Shown here in pieces: positions 39,133 through 53,500 of a DNA stretch of 64,000 nucleotides. The notes under the pieces are model-generated. The model was not told the DNA's origin and did no database searches. It saw nothing but the letters and a program-made list of their open reading frames with translations. The DNA is from Eledone cirrhosa (taxonomy: Eukaryota). Numbering within the stretch: the stretch's first letter is position 1; each line of letters starts with the position of its first letter. Location: the NCBI GenBank assembly GCA_964016885.1, contig OZ024746.1, forward strand, positions 95,728,001 through 95,792,000, in the 5' to 3' direction. The position numbers and the translations under genes were made by a program.

Positions 39133-40328
39133 TTAGCCAAAACCAGCTCTAGTTCAATGAAATAAAACCACCTATTTTAACCCTTTAGTTACAAATCCAG
39201 CCAAAACCAGCTCTGGTTCAATGCAATAAAACCACCTATTTTAACCCTTTAGTTACAAATCCAGCCAAAACCAGCTCTGGTTCAATGAAATAAAACCACC
39301 TATTTTAACCCTTTAGTTATAAATCCAGCCCAAACCAGCTCTGGTTCAATGAAATAAAACCACCTATTTTAACCCTTTAGTTACAAATCCAGCCAAAACC
39401 AGCTCTGGTTCAATGAAATAAAACCACCTATTTTAACCCTTTAGTTACAAATCCAGCCAAAACCAGCTCTGGTTCAATGTAATAAAACCACCTATTTTAA
39501 CCCTTTAGTTACAAATCCAGCCAAAACCAGCTCTGGTTCAATGCAATAAAACCACCTATTTTAACCCTTTAGTTACAAATCCAGCCAAAACCAGCTCTGG
39601 TTCAATGAAATAAAACCACCTATTTTAACCCTTTAGTTACAAATCCAGCCAAAACCAGCTCTGGTTCAATGTAATAAAACCACCTATTTTAACCCTTTAG
39701 TTACAAATCCAGCCAAAACCAGCTCTGGTTCAATGCAATAAAACCACCTATTTTAACCCTTTAGTTACAAATCCAGCCAAAACCAGCTCTGGTTCAATGA
39801 AATAAAACCACCTATTTTAACCCTTTAGTTATAAATCCAGCCCAAACCAGCTCTGGTTCAATGAAATAAAACCACCTATTTTAACCCTTTAGTTACAAAT
39901 CCAGCCAAAACCAGCTCTGGTTCAATGAAATAAAACCACCTATTTTAACCCTTTAGTTACAAATCCAGCCAAAACCAGCTCTGGTTCAATGTAATAAAAC
40001 CACCTATTTTAACCCTTTAGTTACAAATCCAGCCAAAACCAGCTCTGGTTCAATGTAATAAAACCACCTATTTTAACCCTTTAGTTACAAATCCAGCCAA
40101 AACCAGCTCTGGTTCAATGTAATAAAACCACCTATTTTAACCCTTTAGTTACAAATCCAGCCAAAACCAGCTCTGGTTCAATGAAATAAAACCACCTATT
40201 TTAACCCTTTAGTTACAAATCCAGCCAAAACCAGCTCTGGTTCAATGAAATAAAACCACCTATTTTAACCCTTTAGTTACAAATCCAGCCAAAACCAGCT
40301 CTGGTTCAATGAAATAAAACCACCCATT
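39133..40328. repeat. 64-bp satellite (~18 units) made of the left end of MITE family B
   Basis: Unit ttaaccctttagttacaaatccagccaaaaccagctctggttcaatgaaataaaaccacctatt; the last unit runs on into a full MITE ending at 40501. Confidence 0.95.
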
Positions 40329-41134
40329 TTAAAGGTTTCCAATTTAAATTAAAATCTTCGAACATAATTTTATTTAAGAACCTTACATTAAGTTACTATC
40401 TTAAAAATGAATTTAATAATTTTAGTAAACCCCTCAAAATTCTTCAATAATTAATTGAAATAGAGTGTATTTTATTAGGAATGTAGTCATGAAAGGGTTA
40501 ATGTTAACCCTTTAGTACCAACCTGGCCAAAACCTGTTCTGATTCTATGAAATAAAACAACCCATTTTAAAGGTTTCCAGTTTAATTAAAAATCTTCCAA
40601 CATAATTTTATATAAGAACCTTACTTTAAGTTACTATATTAGTAATGAAATTCTTCATTAATTAATTGAAATAGTGTATTTCATTAGAAATAGTGTATTT
40701 CATGAAAGGGTTAAAAAATGTGTAGTGAAGTTTGTAAATTTCATTTTATCAGTTTAAGTTACAGTTATGTTTTTTATTTTATGAATGTGATGCACCACAT
40801 TAGCAAAACATTACAGGATGTTAAGAAATAATACTACACATTTTCGCAACAATCTATTCATTAGTAAAGACATTGTAAACATTTGAATTGACAAACCCAT
40901 TGTTAAATATTTTCTGCCACATCATTATAGGATGTTAAGAGTTATTATAAAATAGTTACATTTAAAAAAAAATATTTGTAAGAAGCAAATAATTCCATTA
41001 ATGATTTGCTTTTATATAAAAAAAATATTAATTGCATTAAATAAATACAGTAGCATCATATTTTTTTTACACGTCCTTATAAATATTGTTTGCTTTCATG
41101 TGAAAAGCTTTTCTTTAATACAATTCAAACAACA

Positions 41135-41183
41135 ATGATACTGGAACATGTGGCCATAGGAAACACCAATCACTCTATAAAAG
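41135..41183 (+). CDS. Alternative candidate first coding exon (MILEHVAIGNTNHSIK-G, phase 1)
   Basis: ATG at 41135, 16 codons plus 1 nt, donor AAG|GTGAGT. Phase matches the 44572 acceptor. TATAAAT at ~41078. Confidence 0.45.
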
Positions 41184-44100
41184 GTGAGTTCTTACTTACT
41201 ATTCTGTGAAATCTTAATTCTATGAATTTTATAGCTTAACCTATCTATCCATCTGTTTAGCTATCTATTTATCTCGCTATCTATCTATCCATCTATCCAT
41301 ATGGACACACACATATATGTGTATGTGTATATATATATATATGTGTGTGTGTGGCGGGGTGAGGGGTGATATCATCATCATCATTTAACGTGCTTGTATG
41401 GGTTAGATGAGTTGTCTGGAGACCATGTCATGCTCATACAGATCTGTATTTTGGCTTGGCTTCTTTGGCAGGATGATCTTTACAACACCAATCACAATAC
41501 AGTGTGGACTTGGCACTTTTTATCGTGGCGCTGAAACAACCACATTACAGTGTAGACTAGGTGCTTTTTGTCATGTCACCAGTACGTCCACAGTACAGAG
41601 TGGACTGGGCACTTTTTGTCCTGTCACGAGCACAACTACCTTACAGGATGAACTGGGTGCTTTTGTTGTTGTACTTCATGCTTCCAGCTGTTATGCTTCT
41701 ATATGTAGGTTGGGCAGATGTATCAGGGAGTGAAGGTTTGGAGGCAGGACATGTAAGCAAGTTTGACATTGACTAGGTGTATGGGATATTTAGAAAGTGA
41801 GAGTAGAGTAAATTAAGGTAAAATAATTTTACCTTCCTAAAATTCCTTTCCATTTTAGCACAGCTATTGCAATATTAATAGTTGGATAAATTTTGGAGCA
41901 ACTATTTTATAGTTGGTTTCTTTACTTGAGATCATCAACCACTGAATCTGGAGATGTAAATAAATGATATGTATTTTCTAGAAAGTGGAGTAAAGATACT
42001 TGTTTAAAGTTACAATAGTAATCAATATTTTAATTACTTATCTATCATACCTATCAAGCTAACTATTATACAATGTAAAACTGTTAACCCTTTAGTTACC
42101 AACCCAGCCAAAACTGGCTCTAGTTCTATGAAATAAATCCACCCATTTTAAAGGTTTTCAATTTATATTAAAATCTTCCAACATAATTTTATATAAGAAC
42201 CTTATATTAAGTTAATATCTTAGTAATGAAATAATTAATAATTTTAGTAATTCCCTTGAAATCCTTCATTAATTAATTAAAATAGAATGTATTTTATTAG
42301 GAATGCGGTCATGAAAGGGTTAAAGGTTTCCAATTTATATCAAAATCCTCCAACTTAATTTTATATAAGAACCTTAAATTAAGTTACTATCTTAAGAATG
42401 AAATGATTAATAATTTTAATAAATCCTTTAAATTTCTTCATTAATTAATTAAAATGCAGTGTATTTAATTATAAATGCAGTCATGAAAGGGTTAAGGGAA
42501 TGAGCCCTGTTAATCATTTCATTGCAAATATTTCTACCTGGGATTTTCAAATATTCTTTTAAAATAATCTTTTTATTATAAGTTGTTCCTAGAAGTATAA
42601 CTTAACAGAAGCTCTATATATTTTACATAACTTCATATTTCTAATGTTTTAAAATAATATATTTTTGTTATTAGAATTGATATTTCTGATATTTTTGTCT
42701 TTCCTGTTATTTTCTCCTCTTTATTTCTAAATTTCCATTTCTTTATCTTACTGTGGAGATTTTACCAGTTTTACCATCAAGTATGGTTGATGAAATTTTC
42801 ATTTAACTTGAGCTTCTAATTTAACTTTGTTTAATTTGACAATAAGAAAAGATATAAAAGTTGTAGTTCCTATTTACACTTCACTTAACTCTTTAGCATT
42901 TACATTACTCTATATATGCTATTGTATTTTCACAGTCAAGACTTTATTTTACATAATTTATCTCACATAGTGTCGAAACAATGATATTTTGATGTTATTT
43001 ATTTTGAGAACAATACCTTAACATCAGTATGAGTGGCCAGTTACAGCCAGTTTAAACAGAAAGAAGTGAGAGAATTCTGGCCGGATATGGCCGGTTTAAA
43101 TGCGAAAGGGTTAAATATTTTAGACTCCATGTCTCCAGGGAAGAAGTAACTAGAATCAATTCTCATATAACTTTCCCCTGTATACAGGGTTGGATTTAGA
43201 ACTTGGGGCACTTCAGGTTTTTTTGGGGGTAGAGATGGGGCAGCTCATACACAACAATTAGAATACCTCCCGTCCCACAAAATGTTACATATCTAAGTTA
43301 GCTTGGCACAAATAATTAGAATTGAAATGTTATACATACAGGTATTAAATTAAAAAATTCTAACCATCCTAAAACTAAAAAGCTCAGCTGAGGGTACAAA
43401 TAAATTACTATGGCTGTTGCTGGAGCCCCTCCTCTTTGCTGAAGGGGTCTCAAGTCAATTGCCCTCTTTGCCCTCCCCACCCCAATTAAATCTGGCCCTG
43501 TCTATGTTATGTCAAAGATGATGGTAAGAAGTATCTTACTGATTGTCTATGAGTGTTTATAACTACATCTCTTGTGTTATACATGTTATACATATCATTA
43601 TTAACCCTTTAACATTTAACCCTTTACCTTTTACATTATTCTATATATACTGTTATATTTTAATGGTAAAGGCTTTATCTCTCATAATTATCTCACATAA
43701 TATCGAATCTATGAGATGTTTATATTATTTATTTTGAAAACAATACCTTAACATCAGTATGAGCGACCGGTTACAGCCAGTTTGAACAGAAAGAGGTGAG
43801 AGAATTCTGACTGGATATGACCTGTTTAAACGCTAAAGCGTTAAACTGGCCATATCCAGCCAGAATTATTTCACTTCTTTCTGTTCAAACCAGCCATAAC
43901 TGACCACTCATACTGACGTTAAGGTATTGTTCTCAAAATAAATACTATCAAAATCTTTTACATTCGATATTATGTGAGATAATTATGTGAAATAAAGACT
44001 TTACCATGAAAATACAATAGTATATATAGAGTAATGTAAATGCTAAAGGGTTAAACTGGATTTAATACCAGTTGATATTCACTGAATGTAACATAGCTTG

Positions 44101-44296
44101 ATCCAATGACGATGAATGTATCACTGAAATAATACTATATCTAATTATGTCAGGACTCTAGAATTTCATTCCTGCTCATATTTTTCTTGTAGTTGTTGAA
44201 AAATGTTGAAGTCAACAGTCTCACTGGTATCAGAGGACCTATAAAGCCTATTGGTATGGCCTCTCTCTCTCTCAACATGGTCTCTCTCTCCCGACA

Positions 44297-44339
<43 letters not shown>

Positions 44340-44571
44340 CAACATGGACTCTCTCTCTCGCCATAGCCCCCACCTCTTTCTCACCCGACATAGCCCCCAC
44401 CTCTCTCTCTCAGCATAGCAAATAAAAATAAAAAAACATGGTATAAGGAAAGACAACAGAAGAGCTAAAAATATCGATTTTAATAACATCTATTTGAGAA
44501 AATAATAAAAATGTTGTTTTTTAAATTTTTTTTCTATGAGGCTATAACAGATATTTGTGTTTCTTTTTCAG

Positions 44572-47500
44572 GTCTGAAGCCAAATTTGGTGATTATCTTA
44601 GTAGTCTATTCTGTAACCTTCAAGCCATTAATAATCCAAGCAAGTAAAAACCAATATATTATTGAGTATTGGACTAAAAAAGCTGAAAAACAAATGGAAA
44701 TCATTACAAATATGCCAACACACTACAAACCCCTTTATGACATTAAACATATTAAGACAAATAAACTTTTAGATGAACAGAATTTACAGAAAAAGTTGAG
44801 AAGCATAATAGGCCCAAGAAAACTTAAGCTAACTACTAATTTCGAATTCCAAATTTTTTTTAATGAATCTGTGATTACATTTGAAATATTTAGTTATAAA
44901 CACAGATTTCATGAGACTCATATTGTATATATCAACCATTCTAGGGATTTAGTGACCATCAGACCAAATTTAACATTAATCAACAAAAATCACAAATTTT
45001 ATAAAAAAAGGAAAATTAAAGCGATTAAATTAAAGCCCATTGAAAAATTATATCATTATAATAGCTCAAAATTTATTCTTGATATCATACAAAGAAACCA
45101 TCTACATCTTAATAATTCTATAATAAGTAGCTTTTCTAATAGCACAAAAGTAAAGGTAGTTTATTTATTGGTAATTAAGGATAACTTAGGAGATCTCCTT
45201 TTAAATAATACATTTGAAAAACAGACCTTTAATATTTGTTTTCTTTCACATTATAATTTTAAAATCTGTGATAGATATAACCTTAAACAATTGGGAGGGA
45301 AACATTCAACTGTAAATACTAAAATATGGGTTCTTATAGAAAATGCTTCCATGCATATTTCAGAAATTGCATGGTACTTCCTTAAATATCAAGGGTTAAA
45401 CTGTTTTGTAAATTATGTTTATTTAGTCAATTACAATTTTCTATTTAAAAAGCCTAACAGTAAAACAATTCATTTTATAATTATTTGTAAAATTAACTCT
45501 CAAAATAGTACTTTTTCATCAACAGCATTTGATGATAGCGTTAAAGATGAAATAGTTTATCAAAATCTTAGTTCTTCATTGGGTTCCTCTGTGATAGTAA
45601 ACCATAATACAAGTGAAGCAGACCTCATTGGTGAGAAATCTGAAAAACAACTCCAAAATATTAACCCACTAATTAAAGTTTGTGTGTTAAAATCAAATAT
45701 AACAATTTTATATTTTAAAAGTCTTTACTCCAAACATAAAACAATTTCTCCTAGAATATTATCAATATTTTGCATTTCTATAACAAAAGCCCGAAGTAAC
45801 TCTTCAACCCCCAAAAATGTAAATTGTGAATCTAGTTTGAAGAATTTTCAAAGCAAAATCATTTATGAACCCAAAACTGCTGTTCCTCACCTACCCTACA
45901 TGCTTTCATCTAATTTATTTCATTTTGATATTCAAACCCAGTCTCTATTTTTTGTTAAGTCTACATCTTCCATGATTTTTACTCAATTAAATTTTGTTGA
46001 AACAATTACTTTGATTCCAAGCAACAGTCTATTTATAACAGAATCTGTCTTACAAATGCTCAACAACACAAATAATATAAAGTCATTTGACAAAAATATA
46101 ACACAAGCAAAAAATTACAAACTTTTAACTTCTAGAATCAAACGAGATATTAGTTTTGGAAATAGAAAAAGGCTACATTTAAAAAAGAATGATGATGATA
46201 TATCATATTTAAAGAAACGAATAAAAAGATTTAAAATCCAACCACCAAAAAAATTTACAAAACAAAGAATAATTTTAAACCAAAAATTATATGATGAAGC
46301 TGATACAGAGGAACTGGAAAATAAATGCTCACAAGAAAGAGAAAAGGAGGAGGAATCAGATGATAGGCGTAAAAATATATCTGAAATGTTTGATAAATTT
46401 AATTCAGACCAGAGAGAATATTTTGAAGAAAATAAGCAAAGAAAAAAAAAATTTTTTCCATGGAAAAGAAAAAAAATACAGAAATTTGTAAAGTCTAAGA
46501 AAAAAGTTTCTAGACTATTTGGCTCAAACAAAGTAAATAAAATAGAATTATCTTTACACAACACAGCAGTTACAAATGGGAATCAAGACAACCAATCAAT
46601 TGCAATTTCTCTGGTTTGTATTCATGAAGCCAATTTTATAACATATGGAAATAAGATACCAGTGACATTAAACTGTTCTTCTCCTGGTAAGGTTGCTCCC
46701 AAACCTGATGATATAATAGTTTATTTGTATTGCACCCCTAAAATAAATAGCAATGGTAGTAATGGAGATAAAGTTGATATAGCCTTAAATTGTATTCCTG
46801 GATTGAGTGCTACAACCAACGGCTCCCTCTTACCAGTGAATCTTCACTGTACAAGTGACCTTGATATGCCTTCTTATGAAGACTTTCTTCATATATCTCT
46901 AAATTGTTTACCTATATTAAATTATAACCATTCTGTAAGTGATAAAGCCACCCAACGAATGGTAACTAGTAAAACATTTGAACTTTTCATGACAGGAAAT
47001 AAACTAGGCATATCAAAAGAACACCAGAGAAAACTCTCTGTATCTCTTAAATGTATAACACGGCGAGGTTTTGCAATAGATGGGAAAACTATAGATGTTT
47101 ATGTACATTGTATACCAGGTTACATATCTAGAACTCCCCGTAAGAAACTTGTCATTACAAAATCAAAATTTTCAAGAAAACAAAGAAAGACGTGTCCATA
47201 TCGTAGACTAAAGAAGGGAAGGAGGTTATATATAAAAAGATATTCTTTGAAAGATAAAAGAAGAAAAGTTTTGTTGGTTGGTAAAACCAAGAAAAGGGGA
47301 TCACATTCAAGTGTAGGGCAGCCTAAAATGAAAAGTAGAAAACAGTCCATACAAAAAGGGACAAAACGAAAATATTTAAAAAAATATTTTCCTACTAAAC
47401 CTTGTAAAAAGTTTATGAATAGAATACCTACTGCTCCCAGACCTATTTCATCTACTACACTGAAAATGCTCAAAATATATCAAATTTTGTCTAAAAAAAC

Positions 47501-50500
47501 TGAATCATTCTCACCAGTGGCTACTGTTAATTTGACTAAGAGAAGAACAGATATAAATCTACAACCCACAACACTTTCTATTCCATTGACACATTTAATT
47601 AAAAAACAAAATTATAGTACAACAGAATTGATTCCTTCATTTAAAACATCACAAAATGTAATGAAACACTTTTTGAAATTTACACAAGCATATAAATCAA
47701 CTCCAGTTAGAAAATCATCTTATATGGTGACATCAAAAATTTCGTCAGTCTTTACAAATGTACCAATAGAAATTACTTCTAAATTTAGCTTGGATATTGT
47801 AGATGCCACAAATAAAACTCTAATAACAAGTGCAGGTACAAGATTATTTCATAATATCTCACATAAAGAAGGAACAACATTTTCTAATTTGTTTCTTAGA
47901 ATCCAATCTGAGTCCCTTCAATATAACCAAAGTAAAAGTATTCCTTTAAAAGGGTTGAGTTCCTTAGAAATAAAAACTTTTCTGTCAAAACTGATACCCT
48001 ACTCCACAACAACCATGAATTCATCATTTACATTTAAAATGCATTTATTAGGACAACTTCCGACATTTAGAAGTACTGAAAATACATCTAAAACACCGGA
48101 AGTATACCAAACTACACCTATCCAATGGAGATTTTCAAGGAAGCAAAACAAATCAGTAGACAATTTGTTTCAAAGTTTATCCTTTACACCGAATCAGTCA
48201 TCCATATCCAAAATATATTTGAAGCAAACTACGGAACAAAAAGCTGTTAGCAAACTAATAACATATGACATACTTTCAAAATCAAATAAGACAAAATTAT
48301 TTGGCAGAGAACATGGGGTGATAATAACATCCCAATATACATTCTCTGAAAAAATAAAAACACAAGCAAAATATTGGCTAATATCAAAATACTCATTAAG
48401 TACAAAATATGTTTATACATTTTTAACACCAAGCACCTTTTCTGATCAGATGACTACACCATTTACCAGAGGAAAATTATATAAAGTACAGTTTATACCA
48501 ACTGCATGGTCTACTAAGAAAAGTACACTCCAGCCTGTTTTTCTCAGCATAGATGGTACAAAGAAGCCAACAGATATTCCAGATCAACATAAACTGCAGT
48601 TTACTTTATCTGTAACGTTACAGAGTTTTGACAAAGCTTTCACTCCAAGAGATAAATTACTTACTTCTGCATCATCAAACATATCTTTGATTACAGTAAA
48701 GTTTGAAAGATCAACTTTAAAAGAACAGCTGATACAGATTACCAAAATTGATGATAAGGATGATGATGTTGATGATGACAAATCTGATAAAACTGATTTA
48801 AAATCTAAAACTATTCACGGAGACTCAAAAATGTTCTTAGCTTTGTCTGGGGTAGAATTTGACAAGAAACATTTAAGACAAGAAAGGAAGTTAATATTTC
48901 AAGTAACAGTATTTCCTGACTATACTCTACAAGAAGAAGAAATCGTAACCCCTGCCATGTTCCAGTCAACTGAAGAGACTTTTTACCATGAAGTCACTTT
49001 TATAAGTCAAACATATATGTATGGCAGAGAGCTGTATGAGGGAAAAGAAACAGATTCATTAATAGAACTGTCAGTCCCCTTAACTATTTTACAAGAGATG
49101 TCAATTATGCCCCCTAAAGGCAGAGATTACATTGACTCTGATGTTGATACAGAAGGGACCGAGTTAATCACCCAACAAATGATACTAAAACATGAAACTG
49201 AAGTGGAGGGTAAACATGTATTTGAAATTATGAAAATCTCAAGAGAGGGTAAAATAAAAATGGAAGAACAATCAAGTGATCCTTTCAGTTCCACAACAAT
49301 AACATTTGAGAAAACTTTGACTATGTTTACAAAGGATTTGTCAACTGGACCAATGGCACATATAGAGTCTGCAAGATTGACAGAGATTATCATTCCATAT
49401 AGAGATTTGACAGAAACAACCATTCCAAGAAATACTACAACAGAATTGTTGGGTGTAAAGGAATTACAAATCGATACTTTTACAAGAGTAACCCCAATAT
49501 TTAGAATTAGTGTGAGTGCTAGTACACTAAATATGACATGGGGTTTACAAGACAGTTCTAGAATGGTTGAACAAATTATAAGAAATTTGAGTAAAACGGA
49601 GACAATTCAAAAATATAATGTGACAGGATTATCAAGTCATGATTTAAGTTCAATATTTAGATTTATTACAACAAATAATGAATCCATGATAAAATTAATG
49701 ACTGAAAGAATTCATTCAGAGTTAACAACAGCAATGACACTGAAAACAGAAGTAGATGTAGGTCTGCAGAGAAGCATGATAGTGAAATATATAGATAAAG
49801 TGACTTCATTAGTTGTAAAATATGAAGATACTACATCGAGGCAGCAATTTTCCAAACCAGTACTACAAGAAATGTTTTTATTGAGCACAAGTGTTAGTCT
49901 GATTATTACTAAAACTCTAGGAGAAACTACAAGATATGATATCTTATCTTTGATGAAGACACCCTATCAGAAAACTAGAATTATAAAAACACAGTTGATT
50001 TCAGACGTTTTAACCAAAGAATTCTCCAGAAAAACAGATAATGGAAGTAAAACTACCAAAATTGCACTAGACAGAATACCACAAATAGACACAGAAGAAT
50101 TAGTTGTGACTAAAGAAGCTATTAAGGTTCTAGAAAAAGACACAGAGGGATTAGTTGTGACTAAAGAAGTTATTAGGGTTCCAAAAATAGACACAGAGGG
50201 ATTAGTAGTGACTGAGGAGGCTATTAGGGCTCCACAAATAGACACAGAGGCTATGAGGGTTCCACAAATAGACATAGAGGCTATGAGGGTTCCACAAATA
50301 GATACAGAGGGATTAGTAGTGACTGAGGAGGGTATTAGGGCTCCACAAATAGACCTAGACGGATTAGTTGTGACTGAGGAGGCTATTAGGGTTCCAGAAA
50401 TAGACACAGAGAGATTAGTAGTGACTGAGGAGGCTATTAGGGTTCCAGAAATAGACACAGAGAGATTAGTAGTGACTGAGGAGGCTATTAGGGTTCCAGA

Positions 50501-53500
50501 AATAGACACAGAGGCTATGAGGGTTCCAGAAATAGACATAGAGGGATTAGTTGTGACTGAGGAAGCTATTAGGGCTCCACAAATAGACATAGAGGAGATT
50601 AGGGTTCCACAAATAGACATAGAGGGATTAGTTGTGACTAAAGAAGTTATTAGGGTTCCAAAAATAGACACAGAGGGATTAGTAGTGACTGAGGAGGCTA
50701 CTAGGGCTCCACAAATAGATATAGAGGATATAAAGGTTCCACAAATAGACATAGAGAGATTAGTAGTGACTATTAGGATTCCAGAAATAGACACGGAGGG
50801 ATTAGTAGTGACTATTAGGGTTCCAGAAATAGACACAGAGGCTATTAGGGTTCCACAAATAGATGCAGCGGAATTAGTAGTGACTAAGGAGGGTATTAGA
50901 GTTCCAGAAATAGACATAGAGGGATTAGTAGTGACTGAGGAAGTTATTAGGGTTCCACAAATAGACATAGAGGGTATCAGGGTTGCACAAATAGACATAG
51001 AGGGATTAGTTGTGACTATTAGGGTTCCAGAAATAGACACACAAGGATTAGTTGTGACTAAAGAAGTTATTAGGGTTCGAAAAATAGACACAGAGGGATT
51101 AGTAGTGACTGAGGAGGCTACTAGGGCTCCACAAATAGACACAGAGGCTATGAGGGTTGCACAAATAGACATAGAGAGATTAGTAGTGACTATTAGGGTT
51201 CCAATAATAGAAACAGAGGAATTAGTTGTGACCAAGGATAGTATTAGCATTCAAAGACGAAGACAAATATCACATACTGTAAATGTTATAATTTCTATTC
51301 CGCAAGTACCTGAAGATAGATCAACCATTTCTCAAGATGTTGCTAGAGTTCTAGAAATATATATGAAAGGATCATCTGTTGCTAGAGATGTGACAATTTC
51401 ACAAAGACACACACAAGGATCAACAACTGATAGAGGCATTGTTGTTAGTAGAGAGACTGTGACAGTTGCACAAATATACACAGAGGGATCAGTTTCAAGT
51501 AGTTATGTCATTGTTGCTAAGGACGCCATTACAGTCTCACAAATACATATAACTCAACCAGTTTCTACTAGTTCTGTTGCTGTTGTTGCTAAGGACACCA
51601 TTACAGTTCCACACATACACATAGCTCAACCAGTTTCCACTAGTTCTGTTGCTGTTGTTGCTAAGGACACCATTACAGTTCCACACATACACATAGCTCA
51701 ACCAGTTTCCACTAGTTCTGTTGCTGTTGTTGCTAAGGACACCATTACAGTTCCACACATACACATAGCTCAACCAGTTTCTACTAGTTCTGTTGCTGTT
51801 GTTGCTAAGGACACCATTACAGTTCCACACATACACATAGCTCAACCAGTTTCCACTAGTTCTGTTGCTGTTGTTGCTAAGGACACCATTACAGTTCCAC
51901 ACATACACATAGCTCAACCAGTTTCTACTAGTTCTGTTGCTGTTGTTGCTAAGAACACCATTACAGTTCCACACATACACATAGCTCAACCAGTTTCTAC
52001 TAGTTCTGTTGCTGTTGTTGCTAAGGACACCATTACAGTTCCACATATACACATAGCTCAACCAGTTTCCACTAGTTCTGTTGCTGTTGTTGCTAAGGAC
52101 ACCATTACAGTTCCACATATACACATAGCTCAACCAGTTTCCACTAGTTCTGTTGCTGTTGTTGCTAAGGACACCATTACAGTTCCACAAATACACATAG
52201 CTCAACCAGTTTCCACTAGTTCTGTTGCTGTTGTTGCTAAGGACACCATTACAGTTCCACAAATACACATAGCTCAACCAGTTTCCACTAGTTCTGTTGC
52301 TGTTGTTGCTAAGGACACCATTACAGTTCCACAAATACACATAGCTCAACCAGTTTCCACTAGTTCTGTTGCTGTTGTTGCTAAGGACACCATTACAGTT
52401 CCACAAATACACATAGCTCAACCAGTTTCCACTAGTTCTGTTGCTGTTGTTGCTAAGGACACCATTACAGTTCCACACATACACATAGCTCAACCAGTTT
52501 CTACTAGTTCTGTTGCTGTTGTTGCTAAGGACACCATTACAGTTCCACATATACACATAGCTCAACCAGTTTCTACTAGTTCTGTTGCTGTTGTTGCTAA
52601 GGACACCATTACAGTTCCACATATACACATAGCTCAACCAGTTTCTACTAGTTCTGTTGCTGTTGTTGCTAAGGACACCATTACAGTTCCACAAATACAC
52701 ATAACTCAACCAGTTTCCACTAGTTCTGTTGCTGTTGTTGCTAAGGATGCCATTACAGTCCTACAAATACACATAGCTCAACCAGTTTCCACTAGTTCTG
52801 TTGCTGTTGTTGCTAAGGACACCATTACAGTTCCACAAATACACATAGCTCAACTAGTTTCCACTAGTTCTGTTGCTGTTGTTGCTAAGGACACCATTAC
52901 AGTTCCACAAATACACATAGCTCAACCAGTTTCTACTAGTTCTGTTGCTGTTGTTGCTAAGGACACCATTACAGTTCCACAAATACACATAGCTCAACCA
53001 GTTTCCACTAGTTCTGTTGCTGTTGTTGCTAAGGACGCCATTACAGTTCCACAAATACACATAGCTCAACCAGTTTCTACTAGTTCTGTTGCTGTTGTTG
53101 CTAAGGACGCCATTACAGTTCCACAAATACACATAGCTCAACCAGTTTCTACTAGTTCTGTTGCTGTTGTTGCTAGGGACACCATTACAGTTCCACACAT
53201 ACACATAGCTCAACCAGTTTCTACTAGTTCTGTTGCTGTTGTTGCTAGGGACACCATTACAGTTCCACATATACACATAGCTCAACCAGTTTCTACTAGT
53301 TCTGTTGCTGTTGTTGCTAGGGACACCATTACATTTCCACAAATACAAACAGATAGATTAACTGTTGCTAGGGAGGCCAACATTTCGCAACTACAAACAA
53401 AGGAGGGATCAGCTGCTGGTATTAGGGATGATATTACAACTACACAAATACACATAGATACATTTCACATTATTAAGGATGGTGTTGCTAGGGAGATTGT

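Noticed and set aside
39133-40328. CRISPR-like appearance of the 64-bp array (and the 88-bp array at 11816-12660)
   Set aside because: No unique spacers, no cas genes, eukaryotic context.
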